DNA of 64,000 nucleotides from Macrostomum lignano. Its lineage: Eukaryota. Below are positions 1-10,243 of the stretch, in pieces. The DNA is taken from the NCBI GenBank assembly GCA_002269645.1, contig NIVC01000292.1, positions 1 through 64,000 on the forward strand, in the 5' to 3' direction. The first letter of the stretch is position 1, and every line of letters begins with the position of its first letter. Both the position numbers and the translations under genes were made by a program. The notes below the pieces were generated by a model. It was not told the origin of the DNA and ran no database searches. It worked only from the letters and a program-made list of their open reading frames with translations.

Positions 1-3000
1 CTGCGTTAAATGCGTTAACGATACGTCGCTTACTCACTCGTCGGCGTCGGCGGCGGACTACTTTTCGGCGGACCACGCGCTTGCGATCACTCGTCGGCAG
101 AATGCGCTTGATCACACGTTTTGTCACGCGTCGTCCTTAATGACTCGGCGTCGGATGATGCGCTTGATCACGCGTCGTATCTGCGTCGGCCCTTAGTCAC
201 TCGTTTGCGGACGACTCGTCGGATGATGCGCTTGACCTTGCGGACGCTGCGTTTAATGCGTTTAACGATACGTCGCTTACTCACTCGTCGGCGTCGGCGG
301 CGGACTACTTTTCGGCGGACCACGCGCTTGCGGATCACTCGTCGGCAGATGCGCTTGATCACACGTTTTGTCACGCGTCGTCCCTTAATGACTCGGCGTC
401 GGATGATGCGCTTGATCACGCGTCGTATCTTGCGTCGGCCCTTAGTCACTCGTTTGCGGACGACTCGTCGGATGATGCGCTTGACCTTGCGGACGCTGCG
501 TTTAATGCGTTTAACGATACGTCGCTTACTCACTCGTCGGCGTCGGCGGCGGACTACTTTTCGGCGGACCACGCGCTTGCGGATCACTCGTCGGCAGATG
601 CGCTTGATCACACGTTTTGTCACGCGTCGTCCCTTAATGACTCGGCGTCGGATGATGCGCTTGATCACGCGTCGTATCTTGCGTCGGCCCTTAGTCACTC
701 GTTTGCGGACGACTCGTCGGATGATGCGCTTGACCTTGCGGACGCTGCGTTTAATGCGTTTAACGATACGTCGCTTACTCACTCGTCGGCGTCGGCGGCG
801 GACTACTTTTCGGCGGACCACGCGCTTGCGGATCACTCGTCGGCAGATGCGCTTGATCACACGTTTTGTCACGCGTCGTCCCTTAATGACTCGGCGTCGG
901 ATGATGCGCTTGATCACGCGTCGTATCTTGCGTCGGCCCTTAGTCACTCGTTTGCGGACGACTCGTCGGATGATGCGCTTGACCTTGCGGACGCTGCGTT
1001 TAATGCGTTTAACGATACGTCGCTTACTCACTCGTCGGCGTCGGCGGCGGACTACTTTTCGGCGGACCACGCGCTTGCGGATCACTCGTCGGCAGATGCG
1101 CTTGATCACACGTTTTGTCACGCGTCGTCCCTTAATGACTCGGCGTCGGATGATGCGCTTGATCACGCGTCGTATCTTGCGTCGGCCCTTAGTCACTCGT
1201 TTGCGGACGACTCGTCGGATGATGCGCTTGACCTTGCGGACGCTGCGTTTAATGCGTTTAACGATACGTCGCTTACTCACTCGTCGGCGTCGGCGGCGGA
1301 CTACTTTTCGGCGGACCACGCGCTTGCGGATCACTCGTCGGCAGATGCGCTTGATCACACGTTTTGTCACGCGTCGTCCCTTAATGACTCGGCGTCGGAT
1401 GATGCGCTTGATCACGCGTCGTATCTTGCGTCGGCCCTTAGTCACTCGTTTGCGGACGACTCGTCGGATGATGCGCTTGACCTTGCGGACGCTGCGTTTA
1501 ATGCGTTTAACGATACGTCGCTTACTCACTCGTCGGCGTCGGCGGCGGACTACTTTTCGGCGGACCACGCGCTTGCGGATCACTCGTCGGCAGATGCGCT
1601 TGATCACACGTTTTGTCACGCGTCGTCCCTTAATGACTCGGCGTCGGATGATGCGCTTGATCACGCGTCGTATCTTGCGTCGGCCCTTAGTCACTCGTTT
1701 GCGGACGACTCGTCGGATGATGCGCTTGACCTTGCGGACGCTGCGTTTAATGCGTTTAACGATACGTCGCTTACTCACTCGTCGGCGTCGGCGGCGGACT
1801 ACTTTTCGGCGGACCACGCGCTTGCGGATCACTCGTCGGCAGATGCGCTTGATCACACGTTTTGTCACGCGTCGTCCCTTAATGACTCGGCGTCGGATGA
1901 TGCGCTTGATCACGCGTCGTATCTTGCGTCGGCCCTTAGTCACTCGTTTGCGGACGACTCGTCGGATGATGCGCTTGACCTTGCGGACGCTGCGTTTAAT
2001 GCGTTTAACGATACGTCGCTTACTCACTCGTCGGCGTCGGCGGCGGACTACTTTTCGGCGGACCACGCGCTTGCGGATCACTCGTCGGCAGATGCGCTTG
2101 ATCACACGTTTTGTCACGCGTCGTCCCTTAATGACTCGGCGTCGGATGATGCGCTTGATCACGCGTCGTATCTTGCGTCGGCCCTTAGTCACTCGTTTGC
2201 GGACGACTCGTCGGATGATGCGCTTGACCTTGCGGACGCTGCGTTTAATGCGTTTAACGATACGTCGCTTACTCACTCGTCGGCGTCGGCGGCGGACTAC
2301 TTTTCGGCGGACCACGCGCTTGCGGATCACTCGTCGGCAGATGCGCTTGATCACACGTTTTGTCACGCGTCGTCCCTTAATGACTCGGCGTCGGATGATG
2401 CGCTTGATCACGCGTCGTATCTTGCGTCGGCCCTTAGTCACTCGTTTGCGGACGACTCGTCGGATGATGCGCTTGACCTTGCGGACGCTGCGTTTAATGC
2501 GTTTAACGATACGTCGCTTACTCACTCGTCGGCGTCGGCGGCGGACTACTTTTCGGCGGACCACGCGCTTGCGGATCACTCGTCGGCAGATGCGCTTGAT
2601 CACACGTTTTGTCACGCGTCGTCCCTTAATGACTCGGCGTCGGATGATGCGCTTGATCACGCGTCGTATCTTGCGTCGGCCCTTAGTCACTCGTTTGCGG
2701 ACGACTCGTCGGATGATGCGCTTGACCTTGCGGACGCTGCGTTTAATGCGTTTAACGATACGTCGCTTACTCACTCGTCGGCGTCGGCGGCGGACTACTT
2801 TTCGGCGGACCACGCGCTTGCGGATCACTCGTCGGCAGATGCGCTTGATCACACGTTTTGTCACGCGTCGTCCCTTAATGACTCGGCGTCGGATGATGCG
2901 CTTGATCACGCGTCGTATCTTGCGTCGGCCCTTAGTCACTCGTTTGCGGACGACTCGTCGGATGATGCGCTTGACCTTGCGGACGCTGCGTTTAATGCGT

Positions 3001-6000
3001 TTAACGATACGTCGCTTACTCACTCGTCGGCGTCGGCGGCGGACTACTTTTCGGCGGACCACGCGCTTGCGGATCACTCGTCGGCAGATGCGCTTGATCA
3101 CACGTTTTGTCACGCGTCGTCCCTTAATGACTCGGCGTCGGATGATGCGCTTGATCACGCGTCGTATCTTGCGTCGGCCCTTAGTCACTCGTTTGCGGAC
3201 GACTCGTCGGATGATGCGCTTGACCTTGCGGACGCTGCGTTTAATGCGTTTAACGATACGTCGCTTACTCACTCGTCGGCGTCGGCGGCGGACTACTTTT
3301 CGGCGGACCACGCGCTTGCGGATCACTCGTCGGCAGATGCGCTTGATCACACGTTTTGTCACGCGTCGTCCCTTAATGACTCGGCGTCGGATGATGCGCT
3401 TGATCACGCGTCGTATCTTGCGTCGGCCCTTAGTCACTCGTTTGCGGACGACTCGTCGGATGATGCGCTTGACCTTGCGGACGCTGCGTTTAATGCGTTT
3501 AACGATACGTCGCTTACTCACTCGTCGGCGTCGGCGGCGGACTACTTTTCGGCGGACCACGCGCTTGCGGATCACTCGTCGGCAGATGCGCTTGATCACA
3601 CGTTTTGTCACGCGTCGTCCCTTAATGACTCGGCGTCGGATGATGCGCTTGATCACGCGTCGTATCTTGCGTCGGCCCTTAGTCACTCGTTTGCGGACGA
3701 CTCGTCGGATGATGCGCTTGACCTTGCGGACGCTGCGTTTAATGCGTTTAACGATACGTCGCTTACTCACTCGTCGGCGTCGGCGGCGGACTACTTTTCG
3801 GCGGACCACGCGCTTGCGGATCACTCGTCGGCAGATGCGCTTGATCACACGTTTTGTCACGCGTCGTCCCTTAATGACTCGGCGTCGGATGATGCGCTTG
3901 ATCACGCGTCGTATCTTGCGTCGGCCCTTAGTCACTCGTTTGCGGACGACTCGTCGGATGATGCGCTTGACCTTGCGGACGCTGCGTTTAATGCGTTTAA
4001 CGATACGTCGCTTACTCACTCGTCGGCGTCGGCGGCGGACTACTTTTCGGCGGACCACGCGCTTGCGGATCACTCGTCGGCAGATGCGCTTGATCACACG
4101 TTTTGTCACGCGTCGTCCCTTAATGACTCGGCGTCGGATGATGCGCTTGATCACGCGTCGTATCTTGCGTCGGCCCTTAGTCACTCGTTTGCGGACGACT
4201 CGTCGGATGATGCGCTTGACCTTGCGGACGCTGCGTTTAATGCGTTTAACGATACGTCGCTTACTCACTCGTCGGCGTCGGCGGCGGACTACTTTTCGGC
4301 GGACCACGCGCTTGCGGATCACTCGTCGGCAGATGCGCTTGATCACACGTTTTGTCACGCGTCGTCCCTTAATGACTCGGCGTCGGATGATGCGCTTGAT
4401 CACGCGTCGTATCTTGCGTCGGCCCTTAGTCACTCGTTTGCGGACGACTCGTCGGATGATGCGCTTGACCTTGCGGACGCTGCGTTTAATGCGTTTAACG
4501 ATACGTCGCTTACTCACTCGTCGGCGTCGGCGGCGGACTACTTTTCGGCGGACCACGCGCTTGCGGATCACTCGTCGGCAGATGCGCTTGATCACACGTT
4601 TTGTCACGCGTCGTCCCTTAATGACTCGGCGTCGGATGATGCGCTTGATCACGCGTCGTATCTTGCGTCGGCCCTTAGTCACTCGTTTGCGGACGACTCG
4701 TCGGATGATGCGCTTGACCTTGCGGACGCTGCGTTTAATGCGTTTAACGATACGTCGCTTACTCACTCGTCGGCGTCGGCGGCGGACTACTTTTCGGCGG
4801 ACCACGCGCTTGCGGATCACTCGTCGGCAGATGCGCTTGATCACACGTTTTGTCACGCGTCGTCCCTTAATGACTCGGCGTCGGATGATGCGCTTGATCA
4901 CGCGTCGTATCTTGCGTCGGCCCTTAGTCACTCGTTTGCGGACGACTCGTCGGATGATGCGCTTGACCTTGCGGACGCTGCGTTTAATGCGTTTAACGAT
5001 ACGTCGCTTACTCACTCGTCGGCGTCGGCGGCGGACTACTTTTCGGCGGACCACGCGCTTGCGGATCACGCGTCGGCAGATGCGCTTGATCACACGTTTT
5101 GTCACGCGTCGTCCCTTAATGACTCGGCGTCGGATGATGCGCTTGATCACGCGTCGTATCTTGCGTCGGCCCTTAGTCACTCGTTTGCGGACGACTCGTC
5201 GGATGATGCGCTTGACCTTGCGGACGCTGCGTTTAATGCGTTTAACGATACGTCGCTTACTCACTCGTCGGCGTCGGCGGCGGACTACTTTTCGGCGGAC
5301 CACGCGCTTGCGGATCACTCGTCGGCAGATGCGCTTGATCACACGTTTTGTCACGCGTCGTCCCTTAATGACTCGGCGTCGGATGATGCGCTTGATCACG
5401 CGTCGTATCTTGCGTCGGCCCTTAGTCACTCGTTTGCGGACGACTCGTCGGATGATGCGCTTGACCTTGCGGACGCTGCGTTTAATGCGTTTAACGATAC
5501 GTCGCTTACTCACTCGTCGGCGTCGGCGGCGGACTACTTTTCGGCGGACCACGCGCTTGCGGATCACTCGTCGGCAGATGCGCTTGATCACACGTTTTGT
5601 CACGCGTCGTCCCTTAATGACTCGGCGTCGGATGATGCGCTTGATCACGCGTCGTATCTTGCGTCGGCCCTTAGTCACTCGTTTGCGGACGACTCGTCGG
5701 ATGATGCGCTTGACCTTGCGGACGCTGCGTTTAATGCGTTTAACGATACGTCGCTTACTCACTCGTCGGCGTCGGCGGCGGACTACTTTTCGGCGGACCA
5801 CGCGCTTGCGGATCACTCGTCGGCAGATGCGCTTGATCACACGTTTTGTCACGCGTCGTCCCTTAATGACTCGGCGTCGGATGATGCGCTTGATCACGCG
5901 TCGTATCTTGCGTCGGCCCTTAGTCACTCGTTTGCGGACGACTCGTCGGATGATGCGCTTGACCTTGCGGACGCTGCGTTTAATGCGTTTAACGATACGT

Positions 6001-8705
6001 CGCTTACTCACTCGTCGGCGTCGGCGGCGGACTACTTTTCGGCGGACCACGCGCTTGCGGATCACTCGTCGGCAGATGCGCTTGATCACACGTTTTGTCA
6101 CGCGTCGTCCCTTAATGACTCGGCGTCGGATGATGCGCTTGATCACGCGTCGTATCTTGCGTCGGCCCTTAGTCACTCGTTTGCGGACGACTCGTCGGAT
6201 GATGCGCTTGACCTTGCGGACGCTGCGTTTAATGCGTTTAACGATACGTCGCTTACTCACTCGTCGGCGTCGGCGGCGGACTACTTTTCGGCGGACCACG
6301 CGCTTGCGGATCACTCGTCGGCAGATGCGCTTGATCACACGTTTTGTCACGCGTCGTCCCTTAATGACTCGGCGTCGGATGATGCGCTTGATCACGCGTC
6401 GTATCTTGCGTCGGCCCTTAGTCACTCGTTTGCGGACGACTCGTCGGATGATGCGCTTGACCTTGCGGACGCTGCGTTTAATGCGTTTAACGATACGTCG
6501 CTTACTCACTCGTCGGCGTCGGCGGCGGACTACTTTTCGGCGGACCACGCGCTTGCGGATCACTCGTCGGCAGATGCGCTTGATCACACGTTTTGTCACG
6601 CGTCGTCCCTTAATGACTCGGCGTCGGATGATGCGCTTGATCACGCGTCGTATCTTGCGTCGGCCCTTAGTCACTCGTTTGCGGACGACTCGTCGGATGA
6701 TGCGCTTGACCTTGCGGACGCTGCGTTTAATGCGTTTAACGATACGTCGCTTACTCACTCGTCGGCGTCGGCGGCGGACTACTTTTCGGCGGACCACGCG
6801 CTTGCGGATCACTCGTCGGCAGATGCGCTTGATCACACGTTTTGTCACGCGTCGTCCCTTAATGACTCGGCGTCGGATGATGCGCTTGATCACGCGTCGT
6901 ATCTTGCGTCGGCCCTTAGTCACTCGTTTGCGGACGACTCGTCGGATGATGCGCTTGACCTTGCGGACGCTGCGTTTAATGCGTTTAACGATACGTCGCT
7001 TACTCACTCGTCGGCGTCGGCGGCGGACTACTTTTCGGCGGACCACGCGCTTGCGGATCACGCGTCGGCAGATGCGCTTGATCACACGTTTTGTCACGCG
7101 TCGTCCCTTAATGACTCGGCGTCGGATGATGCGCTTGATCACGCGTCGTATCTTGCGTCGGCCCTTAGTCACTCGTTTGCGGACGACTCGTCGGATGATG
7201 CGCTTGACCTTGCGGACGCTGCGTTTAATGCGTTTAACGATACGTCGCTTACTCACTCGTCGGCGTCGGCGGCGGACTACTTTTCGGCGGACCACGCGCT
7301 TGCGGATCACTCGTCGGCAGATGCGCTTGATCACACGTTTTGTCACGCGTCGTCCCTTAATGACTCGGCGTCGGATGATGCGCTTGATCACGCGTCGTAT
7401 CTTGCGTCGGCCCTTAGTCACTCGTTTGCGGACGACTCGTCGGATGATGCGCTTGACCTTGCGGACGCTGCGTTTAATGCGTTTAACGATACGTCGCTTA
7501 CTCACTCGTCGGCGTCGGCGGCGGACTACTTTTCGGCGGACCACGCGCTTGCGGATCACTCGTCGGCAGATGCGCTTGATCACACGTTTTGTCACGCGTC
7601 GTCCCTTAATGACTCGGCGTCGGATGATGCGCTTGATCACGCGTCGTATCTTGCGTCGGCCCTTAGTCACTCGTTTGCGGACGACTCGTCGGATGATGCG
7701 CTTGACCTTGCGGACGCTGCGTTTAATGCGTTTAACGATACGTCGCTTACTCACTCGTCGGCGTCGGCGGCGGACTACTTTTCGGCGGACCACGCGCTTG
7801 CGGATCACTCGTCGGCAGATGCGCTTGATCACACGTTTTGTCACGCGTCGTCCCTTAATGACTCGGCGTCGGATGATGCGCTTGATCACGCGTCGTATCT
7901 TGCGTCGGCCCTTAGTCACTCGTTTGCGGACGACTCGTCGGATGATGCGCTTGACCTTGCGGACGCTGCGTTTAATGCGTTTAACGATACGTCGCTTACT
8001 CACTCGTCGGCGTCGGCGGCGGACTACTTTTCGGCGGACCACGCGCTTGCGGATCACGCGTCGGCAGATGCGCTTGATCACACGTTTTGTCACGCGTCGT
8101 CCCTTAATGACTCGGCGTCGGATGATGCGCTTGATCACGCGTCGTATCTTGCGTCGGCCCTTAGTCACTCGTTTGCGGACGACTCGTCGGATGATGCGCT
8201 TGACCTTGCGGACGCTGCGTTTAATGCGTTTAACGATACGTCGCTTACTCACTCGTCGGCGTCGGCGGCGGACTACTTTTCGGCGGACCACGCGCTTGCG
8301 GATCACTCGTCGGCAGATGCGCTTGATCACACGTTTTGTCACGCGTCGTCCCTTAATGACTCGGCGTCGGATGATGCGCTTGATCACGCGTCGTATCTTG
8401 CGTCGGCCCTTAGTCACTCGTTTGCGGACGACTCGTCGGATGATGCGCTTGACCTTGCGGACGCTGCGTTTAATGCGTTTAACGATACGTCGCTTACTCA
8501 CTCGTCGGCGTCGGCGGCGGACTACTTTTCGGCGGACCACGCGCTTGCGGATCACTCGTCGGCAGATGCGCTTGATCACACGTTTTGTCACGCGTCGTCC
8601 CTTAATGACTCGGCGTCGGATGATGCGCTTGATCACGCGTCGTATCTTGCGTCGGCCCTTAGTCACTCGTTTGCGGACGACTCGTCGGATGATGCGCTTG
8701 ATATT
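1..8705. repeat. 249-bp tandem array, about 35 copies, nearly homogeneous
   Basis: Identical line starts at 241 and 5221 (20 x 249). The only substitutions noticed beyond position 181 are T>G at 5070, 7062 and 8058. Confidence 0.97.
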
Positions 8706-9131
8706 GCGACACTTGCAGATCATGTTTCCGTGAATTGTTACTGGGCTTCTGCGTTTTGGGATTCGGATGGGCTTTTTTGCTATTTGAGCCGCCCGTCGGG
8801 ATATGAATCCTTTTCTGAAGAAAGCGCGTTTAACAAGCCTTAGTCTGCGTTTTGTCAGTGGCTTCTTTTTTAGCTTTCGCATGACTTTTCGCTGGAACCT
8901 TTTGTTAATCTTTCTGAGCTTTTTTCCGAATCGCGTCTTTGCCTTGACTATCTTCTTTTTGAATCGCTGAACTCTGCGCTGGAGTCTGGCCTTGTACCTG
9001 AGGCGCATCTTTTGAAGAAACTTCTGGTACAACTGCTTCTTCTCTCGCAGCCTCTGGCGGTAGAGACGCAGCTTCATCAGCAGCAGCTTAGTGTTGTAGC
9101 GGGCCTTGTATATCCGCTTGGCAGCAGCCAT
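168..9131 (-). CDS. Giant Arg/Lys-rich (protamine-like) tandem-repeat protein: about 140 aa unique basic N-terminus plus about 34-35 copies of an 83-aa unit; probably continues past the window start
   Basis: ATG at 9131 in context AAAATCATGG, with TATAAA about 85 bp upstream. The frame is open through about 430 bp of unique sequence and then the array. Unit composition by hand count: R34 K14 V16 I12 T2 G2 S2 C1, no acidic residues. The stop at 168 follows indels in the first ~180 bp. Confidence 0.7.
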   Translation of the reverse strand: MAAAKRIYKARYNTKLLLMKLRLYRQRLREKKQLYQKFLQKMRLRYKARLQRRVQRFKKKIVKAKTRFGKKLRKINKRFQRKVMRKLKKKPLTKRRLRLVKRAFFRKGFISRRAAQIAKKPIRIPKRRSPVTIHGNMICKCRNIKRIIRRVVRKRVTKGRRKIRRVIKRIIRRRVIKGRRVTKRVIKRICRRVIRKRVVRRKVVRRRRRRVSKRRIVKRIKRSVRKVKRIIRRVVRKRVTKGRRKIRRVIKRIIRRRVIKGRRVTKRVIKRICRRVIRKRVVRRKVVRRRRRRVSKRRIVKRIKRSVRKVKRIIRRVVRKRVTKGRRKIRRVIKRIIRRRVIKGRRVTKRVIKRICRRVIRKRVVRRKVVRRRRRRVSKRRIVKRIKRSVRKVKRIIRRVVRKRVTKGRRKIRRVIKRIIRRRVIKGRRVTKRVIKRICRRVIRKRVVRRKVVRRRRRRVSKRRIVKRIKRSVRKVKRIIRRVVRKRVTKGRRKIRRVIKRIIRRRVIKGRRVTKRVIKRICRRVIRKRVVRRKVVRRRRRRVSKRRIVKRIKRSVRKVKRIIRRVVRKRVTKGRRKIRRVIKRIIRRRVIKGRRVTKRVIKRICRRVIRKRVVRRKVVRRRRRRVSKRRIVKRIKRSVRKVKRIIRRVVRKRVTKGRRKIRRVIKRIIRRRVIKGRRVTKRVIKRICRRVIRKRVVRRKVVRRRRRRVSKRRIVKRIKRSVRKVKRIIRRVVRKRVTKGRRKIRRVIKRIIRRRVIKGRRVTKRVIKRICRRVIRKRVVRRKVVRRRRRRVSKRRIVKRIKRSVRKVKRIIRRVVRKRVTKGRRKIRRVIKRIIRRRVIKGRRVTKRVIKRICRRVIRKRVVRRKVVRRRRRRVSKRRIVKRIKRSVRKVKRIIRRVVRKRVTKGRRKIRRVIKRIIRRRVIKGRRVTKRVIKRICRRVIRKRVVRRKVVRRRRRRVSKRRIVKRIKRSVRKVKRIIRRVVRKRVTKGRRKIRRVIKRIIRRRVIKGRRVTKRVIKRICRRVIRKRVVRRKVVRRRRRRVSKRRIVKRIKRSVRKVKRIIRRVVRKRVTKGRRKIRRVIKRIIRRRVIKGRRVTKRVIKRICRRVIRKRVVRRKVVRRRRRRVSKRRIVKRIKRSVRKVKRIIRRVVRKRVTKGRRKIRRVIKRIIRRRVIKGRRVTKRVIKRICRRVIRKRVVRRKVVRRRRRRVSKRRIVKRIKRSVRKVKRIIRRVVRKRVTKGRRKIRRVIKRIIRRRVIKGRRVTKRVIKRICRRVIRKRVVRRKVVRRRRRRVSKRRIVKRIKRSVRKVKRIIRRVVRKRVTKGRRKIRRVIKRIIRRRVIKGRRVTKRVIKRICRRVIRKRVVRRKVVRRRRRRVSKRRIVKRIKRSVRKVKRIIRRVVRKRVTKGRRKIRRVIKRIIRRRVIKGRRVTKRVIKRICRRVIRKRVVRRKVVRRRRRRVSKRRIVKRIKRSVRKVKRIIRRVVRKRVTKGRRKIRRVIKRIIRRRVIKGRRVTKRVIKRICRRVIRKRVVRRKVVRRRRRRVSKRRIVKRIKRSVRKVKRIIRRVVRKRVTKGRRKIRRVIKRIIRRRVIKGRRVTKRVIKRICRRVIRKRVVRRKVVRRRRRRVSKRRIVKRIKRSVRKVKRIIRRVVRKRVTKGRRKIRRVIKRIIRRRVIKGRRVTKRVIKRICRRVIRKRVVRRKVVRRRRRRVSKRRIVKRIKRSVRKVKRIIRRVVRKRVTKGRRKIRRVIKRIIRRRVIKGRRVTKRVIKRICRRVIRKRVVRRKVVRRRRRRVSKRRIVKRIKRSVRKVKRIIRRVVRKRVTKGRRKIRRVIKRIIRRRVIKGRRVTKRVIKRICRRVIRKRVVRRKVVRRRRRRVSKRRIVKRIKRSVRKVKRIIRRVVRKRVTKGRRKIRRVIKRIIRRRVIKGRRVTKRVIKRICRRVIRKRVVRRKVVRRRRRRVSKRRIVKRIKRSVRKVKRIIRRVVRKRVTKGRRKIRRVIKRIIRRRVIKGRRVTKRVIKRICRRVIRKRVVRRKVVRRRRRRVSKRRIVKRIKRSVRKVKRIIRRVVRKRVTKGRRKIRRVIKRIIRRRVIKGRRVTKRVIKRICRRVIRKRVVRRKVVRRRRRRVSKRRIVKRIKRSVRKVKRIIRRVVRKRVTKGRRKIRRVIKRIIRRRVIKGRRVTKRVIKRICRRVIRKRVVRRKVVRRRRRRVSKRRIVKRIKRSVRKVKRIIRRVVRKRVTKGRRKIRRVIKRIIRRRVIKGRRVTKRVIKRICRRVIRKRVVRRKVVRRRRRRVSKRRIVKRIKRSVRKVKRIIRRVVRKRVTKGRRKIRRVIKRIIRRRVIKGRRVTKRVIKRICRRVIRKRVVRRKVVRRRRRRVSKRRIVKRIKRSVRKVKRIIRRVVRKRVTKGRRKIRRVIKRIIRRRVIKGRRVTKRVIKRICRRVIRKRVVRRKVVRRRRRRVSKRRIVKRIKRSVRKVKRIIRRVVRKRVTKGRRKIRRVIKRIIRRRVIKGRRVTKRVIKRICRRVIRKRVVRRKVVRRRRRRVSKRRIVKRIKRSVRKVKRIIRRVVRKRVTKGRRKIRRVIKRIIRRRVIKGRRVTKRVIKRICRRVIRKRVVRRKVVRRRRRRVSKRRIVKRIKRSVRKVKRIIRRVVRKRVTKGRRKIRRVIKRIIRRRVIKGRRVTKRVIKRICRRVIRKRVVRRKVVRRRRRRVSKRRIVKRIKRSVRKVKRIIRRVVRKRVTKGRRKIRRVIKRIIRRRVIKGRRVTKRVIKRICRRVIRKRVVRRKVVRRRRRRVSKRRIVKRIKRSVRKVKRIIRRVVRKRVTKGRRKIRRVIKRIIRRRVIKGRRVTKRVIKRICRRVIRKRVVRRKVVRRRRRRVSKRRIVKRIKRSVRKVKRIIRRVVRKRVTKGRRKIRRVIKRIIRRRVIKGRRVTKRVIKRICRRVIRKRVVRRKVVRRRRRRVSKRRIVKRIKRSVRKVKRIIRRVVRKRVTKGRRRYDA

Positions 9132-9211
9132 GATTTTGCGCTTATCGATGGCGCACTGCTCAGGCGACCGCTTTGTAGCTGGAAACGCGGGTTTCTGGTT
9201 GTTGGCACAAG

Positions 9212-9219
9212 GTTTATAA
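9212..9219 (-). promoter_or_regulatory. Candidate TATA box of the basic-protein gene
   Basis: TATAAA on the minus strand about 85 bp upstream of ATG 9131. Confidence 0.4.
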
Positions 9220-9652
9220 AATAATTTTTATCATATTTAAAGCTGAGATTGGCAGCTTAGTAGTCTTTTGTCTACCTCTGAATATGTAGATTGGCAATTG
9301 CGACAAAACTATGTACTATATAACGTTGTGCTTTCTTTTTTCGAAAGCAACGTGCCTTGGATTTGATTGCGTCCCATATTTTGACATTCTGTGGCAACGC
9401 CAGCTGGAAAGCTTAAACTATTTGAATAAGCTCAGATTCCATTCGACAAATTACAGCTCGTTTTTTGACAAAGGGGATGTTAAACTTAAGAGTCAAATCC
9501 GACCACTTTAGCATTTGGGATCTGTATGGGGAGAGGGCCGGCAGCTCGGACAGGTGGGGCTCCTCCAGTTGCTGTTGGGCCAGTGTGGGGATGAGATGGA
9601 CTACGGCTCAGGGTTGGTGTTGGGGTTCAGGGACAAGCTTAGGGTTTATGGA

Positions 9653-10070
9653 ATGGAGTTTAGGGTTCAAGGGATGGAGTTTAGGGTTCAAGGGATGGAG
9701 TTTAGGGTTCAAGGGATGGAGTTTAAGGTTCAGGTGGTGGAGTTTAGGGTTCAGGTGGTGGAGTTTAGGGTTCAGGTGGTGGAGTTTAGGGTTCAGGTGG
9801 TGGAGTTTAGGGTTCAGGTGGTGGAGTGTTTAGGGTTCAGGTGGTGGAGTGTTTAGGGTTCAGGTGGTGGAGTTTAGGGTTCAGGTGGTGGAGTTTAGGG
9901 TTCAGGTGTTGGAGTTTAGGGTTCAGGTGGTGGAGTGTTTAGGGTTCAGGTGGTGGAGTTTAGGGTTCAGGTGGTGGAGTTTAGGGTTCAGGTGTTGGAG
10001 TTTAGGGTTCAGGTGGTGGAGTTTAGGGTTCAGGTGGTGGAGTTTAGGGTTCAGGTGGTGGAGTTTAGGG
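9653..10070. repeat. 21-bp minisatellite (GGAGTTTAGGGTTCAGGTGGT)
   Basis: About 19-20 tandem units with minor variants. Confidence 0.93.
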
Positions 10071-10243
10071 TTTTGTCTCTTCTGGACCTTCTGGACACGG
10101 AGAAATGGGATAAATTGGGATTTCATGTGATCGGAAAACTTTCCTGTGTTATTTTGAGTTGAATATGTTTTCATTGTGTTTTCCAGGACTCCAGTATACA
10201 GCCCTTTATGAAACATTGTACCAAAACTTGCCGTTAGTTACGC

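Noticed and set aside
121-8733. 2870-aa Arg-rich ORF on the plus strand
   Set aside because: It is a shadow of the CGN-rich minus frame. It starts at a TTG inside the error-prone zone and stops as soon as the repeat ends, whereas the minus frame continues into unique sequence with an ATG and TATA box.
182-8843. Third open frame (Asp/His/Ser/Ala-rich, in-register antisense), suggestive of a charge-complementary partner
   Set aside because: It has no start codon. Its openness follows trivially from the absence of TTA/CTA/TCA codons in the sense unit.
9653-10070. TTTAGGG/TTAGGG motifs suggesting telomere
   Set aside because: They are embedded once per 21-bp unit, not a pure hexamer or heptamer tract.
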